Source of the DNA: Balanoglossus misakiensis
Lineage: Eukaryota > Animalia > Hemichordata
Assembly: GCA_040954595.2 (NCBI GenBank)
Contig: CM082589.2
Coordinates: forward strand, 9,808,894 to 9,872,893
Direction of reading: 5' to 3'
Length of the DNA stretch: 64,000 nt
In this document: positions 13,401 through 28,400 of the stretch, piece by piece
How positions within the stretch are numbered: the first letter of the stretch is position 1
Layout of the letters: each line of letters starts with the position of its first letter
Translations under genes and position numbers: made by a program
Notes under the pieces: model-generated
Database searches by the model: none
What the model was told of the DNA's origin: nothing
What the model saw: only the letters and a program-made list of their open reading frames with translations

Positions 13401-16400
13401 GAAAACTTTCTTATTCACATATGCCTATCTATGTGTTCTGCGCCTCAAAACAGAATTCCGCAAATAAACGAGGCTGTTTGGAAGCAAACATGGAAGTTTT
13501 AGAACTATCTCTCGATCTACAGTGTATAGTGGAAAACGTTCATATGCGCATAGGCCTATCTATGTGTTCTGCGCATCACAACAGAATTTTGTAATCAATC
13601 GAGGATGTGTTTGGAAGCAATCATGGAAATTTTAGAACTATCCGTCGATCTACAGAGTCTAGTGGGAAACTTTCTTATGCGCATAGGCATATGTATGTGT
13701 TCAGCGCATCACAACAGAATTTTGTAAATGAACGAGGCTGTGTTTGGAAACAACCATGGAAATTTTAGAACTATCTCTCGATCTAAAGTTGACAAGTTTC
13801 TTATGCGCATAGGCCTATTACGTGTTCTGCGCCTCACAACAGAATTCGGTAAATAAACGAGGCTGTTTGGAAGCAACAATGGAAATTTTAGAACTATCCG
13901 TCGATCTACGGAGTATAGTGGAAAACGTTCATATGCGCATAGGCCTATATATGTGTTCTGCGCATCACAACAGAATTTTGTAAACAATCGAGGATGTGTT
14001 TGGAAGCAATCATGGAAATTTTAGAACTATCCGTCGATCTACAGAGTCTAGTGGGAAACTTTCTTATGCGCATAGGCATATGTATGTGTTCAGCGCATCA
14101 CAACAGAATTTTGTAAATGAACGAGGCTGTGTTTGGAAACAACCATGGAAATTTTACAACTATCCGTCGATCTACGGAGTCTGGTGGAAAACTTTCTTAT
14201 GCGCATAGGCCTATTACGTGCTCTGCGCCTCACAACAGAATTCGGTAAATAAACGAGGCTGTTTGGAAGCAACCATGGACATTTTAGAACTATCCGTCGA
14301 TCTACAGAGTCTAGTGGAAAAATGTCTTATGCGCATAGGCCTGTCATGTGTTCTGCGCCTCACAACAGAAATCGGTAAATAAACGAGGCTGTTTGGAAGC
14401 AACCATGGAAATTGTACAACTATCCGTCGATCTACAGAGTCTAGTGGAAAACGTTCTTATGCGCATAGGCCTATCTATGTGTTATGCGCATCACAACAGA
14501 AATCGGTAAATAAACGAGGCTGTATTTTGAAGCAACCATGAAATTTAACAACTATCCGTCGATCTACAGAGTCTGGTGGAAAACTTCCTTATGCGCATAG
14601 ACCTATTACGTGTTCTGCGCCTCACAACAGAATTCCGTAAATAAACGATGCTGTTTGGAAGCAACCATGGAAATTGTACAACTATCCGTCGATCTACAGA
14701 GTCTAGTGGAAAACGTTCTTATGCGCATAGGCCTATCTATGTGTTATGCGCATCTCAACAGAAATCGGTAAATAAACGAGGCTGTGTTTGGAAGCAACCA
14801 TGGACATTTTAGAACTATCTACAGAGTCTATAGTGGAAAACTTTCTTATGCACATATGCCTATCTATGTGTTCTGCGCCTCACAACAGAAATCGGTAAAT
14901 AAACGAGGCTGTTTAAAAGCAACCATGGAAATTTTACAGCTATCCGTCGATCTACAGAGTCTAGTGGAAACGTTCTTATGCGCATAGGCCTATATATGTG
15001 TTCTGCGCATCACAACAGAATTTTGTAAACAAACGAGGCTGTGTTTGGAAGCAACCATGGACATTTTAGAACTATCTCTCGATCTACAGAGTCTATAGTG
15101 GAAAACTTTCTTATGCACATATGCCTATCTATGTGTTCTGCGCCTCACAACAGAATTCGGTAAATAAACGAGGCTGTTTGGAAGCAACCATGGAAATTTT
15201 ACAACTATCCGTCGATCTACAGAGTCTAGTGGAAAACGTTATTATGCGCATAGGCCTATATATGTGTTCTGCGCATCACAACAGAATTTTGTAAACAAAC
15301 GAGGCTGTGTTTGGAAGCAACCATGGAAATTTTAGAACTATCTCTCGATCTACAGAGTCTAGTGGAAAACTTTATTATGCACATATGCCTATCTATGTGT
15401 TCTGCGCATCACAACAGAAATCGGTAAATAAACGAGGCTGTTTGGAAGCAACCATGGAAATTTTACAACTATCCGTCGATCTACAGAGTCTGGTGGAAAA
15501 CTTTCTTATGCGCATAGGCATATGTATGTGTTCTACGCATCACAACAGAATTCGGTAAATAAACGAGGCTGTTTGGAAACAACCATGGAAATTTTTGAAC
15601 TATCCGTTGATCTAAAGTTGAAAAGTTTTTTATGCGCATAGGCCTATCTATGTGTTCTGCGCCTCACAACAGAAATCGGTAAATAAACGAGGCTGTTTGG
15701 AAGCAACCATGGAAATTTTACAACTATCTCTCGATCTACAGAGTCTATAGTGGAAAACTTTCTTATTCACATATGCCTATCTATGTGTTCTGCGCCTCAA
15801 AACAGAATTCCGCAAATAAACGAGGCTGTTTGGAAGCAAACATGGAAGTTTTAGAACTATCTCTCGATCTACAGTGTATAGTGGAAAACGTTCATATGCG
15901 CATAGGCCTATCTATGTGTTCTGCGCATCACAACAGAATTTTGTAAACAATCGAGGATGTGTTTGGAAGCAATCATGGAAATTTTAGAACTATCCGTCGA
16001 TCTACAGAGTCTAGTGGAAACTTTCTTATGCGCATAGGCATATGTATGTGTTCAGCGCATCACAACAGAATTTTGTAAATGAACGAGGCTGTGTTTGGAA
16101 ACAACCATGGAAATTTTACAACTATCCGTCGATCTACGGAGTCTGGTGGAAAACTTTCTTATGCGCATAGGCCTATTACGTGCTCTGCGCCTCACAACAG
16201 AATTCGGTAAATAAACGAGGCTGTTTGGAAGCAACCATGGAAATTTTAGAACTATCCGTCGATCTACAGAGTCTAGTGGAAAAATGTCTTATGCGCATAG
16301 GCCTATCATGTGTTCTGCGCCTCACAACAGAAATCGGTAAATAAACGAGGCTGTTTGGAAGCAACCATGGAAATTGTACAACTATCCGTCGATGTACAGA

Positions 16401-19400
16401 GTCTAGTGGAAAACGTTATTATGCGCATAGGCCTATATATGTGTTATGCGCATCACAACAGAAATCGGTAAATAAACGAGGCTGTATTTGGAAGCAACCA
16501 TGAAATTTTACAACTATCCGTCGATCTACAGAGTCTGGTGGAAAACTTCCTTATGCGCATAGACCTATTACGTGTTCTGCGCCTCACAACAGAATTCGGT
16601 AAATAAACGATGCTGTTTGGAAGCAACCATGGAAATTGTACAACTATCCGTCGATCTACAGAGTCTAGTGGAAAACGTTCTTATGCGCATAGGCCTATCT
16701 ATGTGTTATGCGCATCACAACAGAAATCGGTAAATAAACGAGGCTGTGTTTGGAAGCAACCATGGACATTTTAGAACTATCTCTCGATCTACAGAGTCTG
16801 TAGTGGAAAACTTTCTTATGCACATATGCCTATCTATGTGTTCTGCGCCTCACAACAGAATTCGGTAAATAAACGAGGCTGTTTGGAAGCAACCATGGAA
16901 ATTTTACAGCTATCCGTCGATCTACAGAGTCTAGTGGAAACGTTCTTATGCGCATAGGCCTATATATGTGTTCTGCGCATCACAACAGAATTTTGTAAAC
17001 AAACGAGGCTGTGTTTGGAAGCAACCATGGACATTTTAGAACTATCTCTCGATCTACAGAGTCTATAGTGGAAAACTTTATTATGCACATATGCCTATCT
17101 ATGTGTTCTGCGCCTCACAACAGAATTCGGTAAATAAACGAGGCTGTTTGGAAGCAACCATGGAAATTTTACAACTATCCGTCGATCTACAGAGTCTAGT
17201 GGAAAACGTTATTATGCGCATAGGCCTATATATGTGTTCTGCGCATCACAACAGAATTTTGTAAACAAACGAGGCTGTGTTTGGAAGCAACCATGGAAAT
17301 TTTAGAACTATCTCTCGATCTACAGAGTCTAGTGGAAAACTTTATTATGCACATATGCCTATCTATGTGTTCTGCGCATCACAACAGAAATCGGTAAATA
17401 AACGAGGCTGTTTGGAAGCAACCATGGAAATTTTACAACTATCCGTCGATCTACAGAGTCTGGTGGAAAACTTTCTTATGCGCATAGGCCTATTACGTGC
17501 TCTGCGCCTCACAACAGAATTCGGTAAATAAACGAGGCTGTTTGGAAGCAACCATGGACATTGTACAACTATCCGTCGATCTACAAAGTCTAGTGGAAAC
17601 GTTCTTATGCGCATAGGCCTATCAATGTGTTATGCGCATCACAACAGAAATCGGTAAATAAACGAGGCTGTATTTGGAAGCAACCATGAAATTTTACAAC
17701 TATCCGTCGATCTACAGAGTCTAGTGGAAAAATGTCTCATGCGCATAGGCCTATCATGTGTTCTGCGCCTCACAACAGAAATCGGTAAATAAACGAGGCT
17801 GTTTGGAAGCAACCATGGAAATTTTACAGCTATCCGTCGATCTACAGAGTCTAGTGGAAAACGTTCTTATGCGCATAGGCCTATCTATGTGTTATGCGCA
17901 TCACAACTTAAATCGGTAAATAAACGAGGCTGTGTTTGGAAGCAACCATGGACATTTTAGAACTATCTCTCGATCTACAGAGTCTGTAGTGGAAAACTTT
18001 CTTATGCACATATGCCTATCTATGTGTTCTGCGCCTCACAACAGAATTCGGTAAATAAACGAGGCTGTTTGGAAGCAACCATGGAAATTTTACAGCTATC
18101 CGTCGATCTACAGAGTCTAGTGGAAAACGTTATTATGCGCATAGGCCTATATATGTGTTCTGCGCATCACAACAGAATTTTGTAAACAAACGAGGCTGTG
18201 TTTGGAAGCAACCATGGACATTTTAGAACTATCTCTCGATCTACAGAGTCTATAGTGGAAAACTTTCTTATGCACATATGCCTATCTATGTGTTCTGCGC
18301 CTCACAACAGAATTCGGTAAATAAACGAGGCTGTTTGGAAGCAACCATGGAAATTTTACAACTATCCGTCGATCTACAGAGTCTAGTGGAAAACTTTATT
18401 ATGCACATATGCCTATCTATGTGTTCTGCGCATCACAACAGAAATCGGTAAATAAACGAGGCTGTTTGGAAGCAACCATGGAAATTTTACAACTATCCGT
18501 CGATCTACAGAGTCTGGTGGAAAACTTTCTTATGCGCATAGGCCTATTACGTGCTCTGCGCCTCACAACAGAATTCGGTAAATAAACGAGGCTGTTTGGA
18601 AGCAACCATGGAAATTTTAGAACTATCCGTCGATCTACAGAGTCTAGTGGAAAAATGTCTTATGCGCATAGGCCTATCATGTGTTCTGCGCCTCACAACA
18701 GAAATCGGTAAATAAACGAGGCTGTTTGGAAGCAACCATGGAAATTGTACAACTATCCGTCGATCTAAAGAGTCTAGTGGAAAACGTTCTTATGCGCATA
18801 GGCCTATCTATGTGTTATGCGCATCACAACAGAAATCGGTAAATAAACGAGGCTGTATTTGGAAGCAACCATGAAATTTTACAACTATCCGTCGATCTAC
18901 AGAGTCTGGTGGAAAACTTCCTTATGCGCATAGACCTATTACGTGTTCTGCGCCTCACAACAGAATTCGGTAAATAAACGAGGCTGTTTGGAAGCAACCA
19001 TGGACATTGTAGAACTATCCGTCGATCTACAAAGTCTAGTGGAAACGTTCTTATGCGCATAGGCCTATCAATGTGTTATGCGCATCACAACAGAAATCGG
19101 TAAATAAACGAGGCTGTATTTGGAAGCAACCATGAAATTTTACAACTATCCGTCGATCTACAGAGTCTAGTGGAAAAATGTCTCATGCGCATAGGCCTAT
19201 CATGTGTTCTGCGCCTCACAACAGAAATCGGTAAATAAACGAGGCTGTTTGGAAGCAACCATGGAAATTTTACAGCTATCCGTCGATCTACAGAGTCTAG
19301 TGGAAAAATGTCTCATGCGCATAGGCCTATCATGTGTTCTGCGCCTCACAACAGAAATCGGTAAATAAACGAGGCTGTTTGGAAGCAACCATGGAAATTT

Positions 19401-22400
19401 TACAGCTATCCGTCGATCTACAGAGTCTAGTGGAAACGTTCTTATGCGCATAGGCCTATATATGTGTTCTGCGCATCACAACAGAATTTTGTAAACAAAC
19501 GAGGCTGTGTTTGGTAGCAACCATGGACATTTTAGAACTATCTCTCGATCTACAGAGTCTATAGTGGAAAACTTTCTTATGCACATATGCCTATCTATGT
19601 GTTCTGCGCCTCACAACAGAATTCGGTAAATAAACGAGGCTGTTTGGAAGCAACCATGGAAATTTTACAACTATCCGTCGATCTACAGAGTCTAGTGGAA
19701 AACGTTATTATGCGCATAGGCCTATATATGTGTTCTGCGCACCACAACAGAATTTTGTAAACAAACGAGGCTGTGTTTGGAAGCAACCATGGACATTTTA
19801 GAACTATCTCTCGATCTACAGAGTCTATAGTGGAAAACTTTCTTATGCACATAGGCCTATCAATGTGTTCTGTGCCTCACAACAGAATTCGGTAAATAAA
19901 CGAGGCTGTTTGGAAGCAACCATGGAAATTTTAGAACTGTCCGTCGATCTACAGAGTCTAGTGGAAAACGTTCTTATGCGCATAGGCCTATATATGTGTT
20001 CTGCGCATCACAACAGAATTTTGTAAACAAACGAGGCTGTGTTTGGAAGCAACCATGGAAATTTTAGAACTATCTCTCGATGTACAGAGTCTATAGTGGA
20101 AAACTTTCTTATGCACATATGCCTATCTATGTGTTCTGCGCCTCAAAACAGAATTCCGTCAATAAACGAGGCTGTTTGGAAGCAACCATGGACATTTTAG
20201 AACTATTCGTCGATCTACGGAGTCTAGTGGAAAACTTTCTTATGCGCATAGGCATATGTATGTGTTCTACGCATCACAACAGAATTCGGTAAATAAACGA
20301 GGCTGTTTGGAAACAACCATGGAAATTTTTGAACTATCCGTTGATCTAAAGTTGAAAAGTTTTTTATGCGCATAGGCCTATCTATGTGTTCTGCGCCTCA
20401 CAACAGAAATCGGTAAATAAACGAGGCTGTTTGGAAGCAACCATGGAAATTTTACAACTATCTCTCGATCTACAGAGTCTATAGTGGAAAACTTTCTTAT
20501 TCACATATGCCTATCTATGTGTTCTGCGCCTCAAAACAGAATTCCGCAAATAAACGAGGCTGTTTGGAAGCAAACATGGAAGTTTTAGAACTATCTCTGG
20601 ATCTACAGTGTATAGTGGAAAACGTTCATATGCGCACAGGCCTATCTATGTGTTCTGCGCATCACAACAGAATTTTGTAAACAATCGAGGATGTGTTTGG
20701 AAGAAATCATGGAAATTTTAGAACTATCCGTCGATCTACAGAGTCTAGTGGGAAACTTTCTTATGCGCATAGGCATATGTATGTGTTCAGCGCATCACAA
20801 CAGAATTTTGTAAATGAACGAGGCTGTGTTTGGAAACAACCATGGAACTTTTACAACTATCCGTCGATCTACGGAGTCTGGTGGAAAACTTTCTTATGCG
20901 CATAGGCCTATTGCGTGCTCTGCGCCTCACAACAGAATTCGGTAAATAAACGAGGCTGTTTGGAAGCAACCATGGAAATTTTAGAACTATCCGTCGATCT
21001 ACAGAGTCTAGTGGAAAAATGTCTTATGCGCATAGGCCTATCATGTGTTCTGCGCCTCACAACAGAAATCGGTAAATAAACGAGGCTGTTTGGAAGCAAC
21101 CATAGAAATTGTACAACTATCCGTCGATCTACATAGTCTAGTGGAAAACGTTCTTATGCGCATAGGCCTATCTATGTGTTATGCGCATCACAACAGAAAT
21201 CGGTAAATAAACGAGGCTGTATTTGGAAGCAACCATGAAATTTTACAACTATCCGTCGATCTACAGAGTCTGGTGGAAAACTTCCTTATGCGCATAGACC
21301 TATTACGTGTTCTGCGCCTCACAACAGAATTCGGTAAATAAACGATGCTGTTTGGAAGCAACCATGGAAATTGTACAACTATCCGTCGATCTACAGAGTC
21401 TAGTGGAAAACGTTCTTATGCGCATAGGCCTATCTATGTGTTATGCGCATCACGACAGAAATCGGTAAATAAACGAGGCTGTGTTTGGAAGCAACCATGG
21501 ACATTTTAGAACTATCTCTCGATCTACAGAGTCTATAGTGGAAAACTTTCTTATGCACATATGCCTATCTATGTGTTCTGCGCCTCACAACAGAAATCGG
21601 TAAATAAACGAGGCTGTTTAAAAGCAACCATGGAAATTTTACAGCTATCCGTCGATCTACAGAGTCTAGTGGAAACGTTCTTATGCGCATAGGCCTATAT
21701 ATGTGTTCTGCGCATCATAACAGAATTTTGTAAACAAACGAGGCTGTGTTTGGGAGCAACCATGGACATTTTAGAACTATCTCTCGATCTACAGAGTCTA
21801 TAGTGGAAAACTTTCTTATGCACATATGCCTATCTATGTGTTCTGCGCCTCACAACAGAAATCGGTAAATAAACGAGGCTGTTTAAAAGCAACCATGGAA
21901 ATTTTACAGCTATCCGTCGATCTACAGAGTCTAGTGGAAACGTTCTGATGCGCATAGGCCTATATATGTGTTCTGCGCATCACAACAGAATTTTGTAAAC
22001 AAACGAGGCTGTGTTTGGAAGCAACCATGGACATTTTAGAACTATCTCTCGATCTATAGAGTCTATAGTGGAAAACTTTCTTATGCACATATGCCTATCT
22101 ATGTGTTCTGCGCCTCACAACAGAATTCGGTAAATAAACGAGGCTGTTTGGAAGCAACCATGGAAATTTTACAACTATCCGTCGATCTACAGAGTCTAGT
22201 GGAAAACGTTATTATGCGCATAGGCCTATATATGTGTTCTGCGCATCACAACAGAATTTTGTAAACAAACGAGGCTGTGTTTGGAAGCAACCATGGAAAT
22301 TTTAGAACTATCTCTCGATCTACAGAGTCTAGTGGAAAACTTTATTATGCACATATGCCTATCTATGTGTTCTGCGCATCACAACAGAAATCGGTAAATA

Positions 22401-25400
22401 AACGAGGCTGTTTGGAAGCAACCATGGAAATTGTACAACTATCCGTCGATCTACAGAGTCTGGTGGAAAACTTTCTTATGCGCATAGGCCTATTACGTGC
22501 TCTGCGCCTCACAACAGAATTCGGTAAATAAACGAGGCTGTTTGGAAGCAACCATGGAAATTTTAGAACTATCCGTCGATCTACAGAGTCTAGTGGAAAA
22601 ATGTCTTATGCGCATAGGCCTATCATGTGTTCTGCGCCTCACAACAGAAATCGGTAAATAAACGAGGCTGTTTGGAAGCAACCATGGAAATTGTACAACT
22701 ATCCGTCGATCTACAGAGTCTAGTGTAAAACGTTCTTATGCGCATAGGCCTATCTATGTGTTATGCGCATCACAACAGAAATCGGTAAATAAACGAGGCT
22801 GTATTTGGAAGCAACCATGAAATTTTACAGCTATCCGTCGATCTACAGAGTCTAGTGGAAACGTTCTTATGCGCATAGGCCTATATATGTGTTCTGCGCA
22901 TCACAACAGAATTTTGTAAACAAACGAGGCTGTGTTTGGTAGCAACCATGGACATTTTAGAACTATCTCTCGATCTACAGAGTCTATAGTGGAAAACTTT
23001 CTTATGCACATATGCCTATCTATGTGTTCTGCGCCTCACAACAGAATTCGGTAAATAAACGAGGCTGTTTGGAAGCAACCATGGAAATTTTACAACTATC
23101 CGTCGATCTACAGAGTCTAGTGGAAAACGTTATTATGCGCATAGGCCTATATATGTGTTCTGCGCATCACAACAGAATTTTGTAAACAAACGAGGCTGTG
23201 TTTGGAAGCAACCATGGACATTTTAGAACTATCTCTCGATCTACAGAGTCTATAGTGGAAAACTTTCTTATGCACATAGGCCTATCTATGTGTTCTGCGC
23301 CTCACAACAGAAATCGGTAAATAAACGAGGCTGTATTTGGAAGCAACCATGAAATTTTACAACTATCCGTCGATCTACAGAGTCTAGTGGAAAAATGTCT
23401 CAAGCGCATAGGCCTATCATGTGTTCTGCGCCTCACAACAGAAATCGGTAAATAAACGAGGCTGTTTGGAAGCAACCATGGAAATTTTACAGCTATCCGT
23501 CGATCTACAGAGTCTAGTGGAAACGTTCTTATGCGCATAGGCCTATATATGTGTTCTGCGCATCACAACAGAATTTTGTAAACAAACGAGGCTGTGTTTG
23601 GTAGCAACCATGGACATTTTAGAACTATCTCTCGATCTACAGAGTCTATAGTGGAAAACTTTCTTATGCACATATGCCTATCTATGTGTTCTGCGCCTCA
23701 CAACAGAAATCGGTAAATAAACGAGGCTGTTTAAAAGCAACCATGGAAATTTTACAGCTATCCGTCGATCTACAGAGTCTAGTGGAAACGTTCTTATGCG
23801 CATAGGCCTATATATGTGTTCTGCGCATCACAACAGAATTTTGTAAACAAACGAGGCTGTGTTTGGAAGCAACCATGGACATTTTAGAACTATCTCTCGA
23901 TCTATAGAGTCTATAGTGGAAAACTTTCTTATGCACATATGCCTATCTATGTGTTCTGCGCCTCACAACAGAATTCGGTAAATAAACGAGGCTGTTTGGA
24001 AGCAACCATGGAAATTTTACAACTATCCGTCGATCTACAGAGTCTAGTGGAAAACGTTATTATGCGCATAGGCCTATATATGTGTTCTGCGCATCACAAC
24101 AGAATTTTGTAAACAAACGAGGCTGTGTTTGGAAGCAACCATGGAAATTTTAGAACTATCTCTCGATCTACAGAGTCTAGTGGAAAACTTTATTATGCAC
24201 ATATGCCTATCTATGTGTTCTGCGCATCACAACAGAAATCGGTAAATAAACGAGGCTGTTTGGAAGCAACCATGGAAATTTTACAACTATCCGTCGATCT
24301 ACAGAGTCTGGGGAAAACTTTCTTATGCGCATAGGCCTATTACGTGCTCTGCGCCTCACAACAGAATTCGGTAAATAAACGAGGCTGTTTGGAAGCAACC
24401 ATGGAACTTTTAGAACTATCCGTCGATCTACAGAGTCTAGTGGAAAAATGTCTTATGCGCATAGGCCTATCATGTGTTCTGCGCCTCACAACAGAAATCG
24501 GTAAATAAACGAAGCTGTTTGGAAGCAACCATGGAAATTGTACAACTATCCGTCGATCTACAGAGTCTAGTGTAAAACGTTCTTATGCGCATAGGCCTAT
24601 CTATGTGTTATGCGCATCACAACAGAAATCGGTAAATAAACGAGGCTGTATTTGGAAGCAACCATGAAATTTTACAGCAATCCGTCGATCTACAGAGTCT
24701 AGTGGAAACGTTCTTATGCGCATAGGCCTATATATGTGTTCTGCGCATCACAACAGAATTTTGTAAACAAACGAGGCTGTGTATGGTAGCAACCATGGAC
24801 ATTTTAGAACTATCTCTCGATCTACAGAGTCTATAGTGGAAAACTTTCTTATGCACATATGCCTATCTATGTGTTCTGCGCCTCACAACAGAATTCGGTA
24901 AATAAACGAGGCTGTTTGGAAGCAACCATGGAAATTTTACAACTATCCGTCGATCTACAGAGTCTAGTGGAAAACGTTATTATGCGCATAGGCCTATATA
25001 TGTGTTCTGCGCATCACAACAGAATTTTGTAAACAAACGAGGCTGTGTTTGGAAGCAACCATGGACATTTTAGAACTATCTCTCGATCTACAGAGTCTAT
25101 AGTGGAAAACTTTCTTATGCACATAGGCCTATCTATGTGTTCTGCGCCTCACAACAGAAATCGGTAAATAAACGAGGCTGTATTTGGAAGCAACCATGAA
25201 ATTTTACAACTATCCGTCGATCTACAGAGTCTAGTGGAAAAATGTCTCATGCGCATAGGCCTATCATGTGTTCTGCGCCTCACAACAGAAATCGGTAAAT
25301 AAACGAGGCTGTTTGGAAGCAACCATGGAAATTTTACAACTATCCGTCGATCTACAGAGTCTAGTGGAAAACGTTATTATGCGCATAGGCCTATATATGT

Positions 25401-28400
25401 GTTCTGCGCATCACAACAGAATTTTGTAAACAAACGAGGCTGTGTTTGGAAGCAACCATGGACATTTTAGAACTATCTCTCGATCTACAGAGTCTATAGT
25501 GGAAAACTTTCTTATGCACATAGGCCTATCTATGTGTTCTGCGCCTCACAACAGAAATCGGTAAATAAACGAGGCTGTATTTGGAAGCAACCATGAAATT
25601 TTACAACTATCCGTCGATCTACAGAGTCTAGTGGAAAAATGTCTCATGCGCATAGGCCTATCATGTGTTCTGCGCCTCACAACAGAAATCGGTAAATAAA
25701 CGAGGCTGTTTGGAAGCAACCATGGAAATTTTACAGCTATCCGTCGATCTACAGAGTCTAGTGGAAACGTTCTTATGCGCATAGGCCTATATATGTGTTC
25801 TGCGCATCACAACAGAATTTTGTAAACAAACGAGGCTGTGTTTGGTAGCAACCATGGACATTTTAGAACTATCTCTCGATCTACAGAGTCTATAGTGGAA
25901 AACTTTCTTATGCACATATGCCTATCTATGTGTTCTGCGCCTCACAACAGAATTCGGTAAATAAACGAGGCTGTTTGGAAGCAACCATGGAAATTTTACA
26001 ACTATCCGTCGATCTACAGAGTCTAGTGGAAAACGTTATTATGCGCATAGGCCTATATATGTGTTCTGCGCATCACAACAGAATTTTGTAAACAAACGAG
26101 GCTGTGTTTGGAAGCAACCATGGACATTTTAGAACTATCTCTCGATCTACAGAGTCTATAGTGGAAAACTTTCTTATGCACATAGGCCTATCTATGTGTT
26201 CTGTGCCTCACAACAGAATTCGGTAAATAAACGAGGCTGTTTGGAAGCAACCATGGAAATTTTACAACTATCCGTCGATCTACAGAGTCTAGTGGAAAAC
26301 GTTCTTATGCGCATAGGCCTATATATGTGTTCTGCGCATCACAAAAGAATTTTGTAAACAAACGAGGCTGTGTTTGGAAGCAACCATGGACATTTTAGAA
26401 CTATCTCTCGATCTACAGAGTCTATAGTGGAAAACTTTCTTATGCACATAGGCCTATCTATGTGTTCTGTGCCTTACAACAGAATTCGGTAAATAAACGA
26501 GGCTGTTTGGAAGCAACCATGGAAATTTTACAACTATCCGTCGATGTACAGAGTCTAGTGGAAAACGTTATTATGCGCATAGGCCTATATATGTGTTCTG
26601 CGCATCACAACAGAATTTTGTAAACAAACGAGGCTGTGTTTGGAAGCAACCATGGACATTTTAGAACTATCTCTCGATCTACAGAGTCTATAGTGGAAAA
26701 CTTTCTTATGCACATATGCCTATCTATGTGTTCTGCGCCTCAAAACAGAATTCCGTAAATAAACGAGGCTGTTTGGAAACAACCATGGAAATTTTAGAAC
26801 TATCCGTTGATCTAAAGTTGAAAAGTTTTTTATGCGCATAGGCCTATCTATGTGTTCTGCGCCTCACAACAGAAATCGGTAAATAAACGAGGCTGTTTGG
26901 AAGCAACCATGGAAATTTTACAACTATCTCTCGATCTACAGAGTCTATAGTGGAAAACTTTCTCATTCACATATGCCTATCTATGTGTTCTGCGCCTCAA
27001 AACAGAATTCCGCAAATAAACGAGGCTGTTTGGAAGCAAACATGGAAGTTTTAGAACTATCTCTCGATCTACAGTGTATGGTGGAAAACGTTCATATGCG
27101 CATAGGCCTATCTATGTGTTCTGCGCATCACAACAGAATTTTGTAAACAAACGAGGCTGTGTTTGGTAGCAACCATGGACATTTTAGAACTATCTCTCGA
27201 TCTACAGAGTCTATAGTGGAAAACTTTCTTATGCACATATGCCTATCTATGTGTTCTGCGCCTCACAACAGAATTCGGTAAATAAACGAGGCTGTTTGGA
27301 AGCAACCATGGAAATTTTACAACTATCCGTCGATCTACGGAGTCTGGTGGAAAACTTTCTTATGCGCATAGCCCTATATATGTGTTCTGCGCATCACAAC
27401 AGAATTCGTAAACAAACGAGGTTGTTTGGAAGCAACCATGGAAATTTTACAACTATCCGTCGATCTACAGAGTCTAGTGGAAAAATGTCTTATGCGCATT
27501 GGCCTATCATGTGTTCTGCGCCTCACAACAGAAATCAGTAAATAAACGAGGCTGTTTGGAAGCAACCATGGAAATTTTACAACTATCAGTCCATCTACAG
27601 AGTCTGGTGGAAAACTTTCTTATGCGCATAGGCCTATAACGTGTTCTGCGCCTAACAACAGAATTCGGTAAATAAACGAGGCTGTTTGGAAGCAACCATG
27701 GAAATTTTACAACTATCCGTCGATCTACAGAGTCTGGTGGAAAACTTTCTTATGCGCATAGGCCTATAACGTGTTCTGCGCCTAACAACAGAATTCGGTA
27801 AATAAACGAGGCTGTTTGGAAGCAACCATGGAAATTTTACAACTATCCGTCGATCTACAGAGTCTAGTGGAAAACGTTATAATGCGCATAGGCCTATCTA
27901 TGTGTTATGCGCATCACAACAGAAATCGGTAAATAAACGAGGCTGTATTTGGAAGCAACCATGAACATTTTACAACTATCCGTCGATCTACAGAGTCTAG
28001 TGGAAAACGTTCTTATGCGCATAGGCCTATATATGTGTTCTGCGCATCACAACAGAATTCGGTAAACAAACGAGGTTGTTTGGAAGCAACCATGGACATT
28101 TTACAACTATCCGTCGATCTACAGAGTCTAGTGGAAAAATGTCGTATGCGCATAGGCCTATCATGTGTTCTGCGCCTCAAAACAGAATTCCGTAAATAAA
28201 CGAGGCTGTTTGCAAGCAAACATGGAAATTTTACAGCTATCCGTCGATCTACAGAGTCTAGTGGAAAACGTTCTTTTGCGCATAGGCCTATATATGTGTT
28301 ATGCGCATCACAACAGAAATCGGTAAATAAACGAGGCTGTATTTGGAAGCAACCATGGACATTTTACAACTATCCGTCGATCTACAGAGTCTTGTGGAAA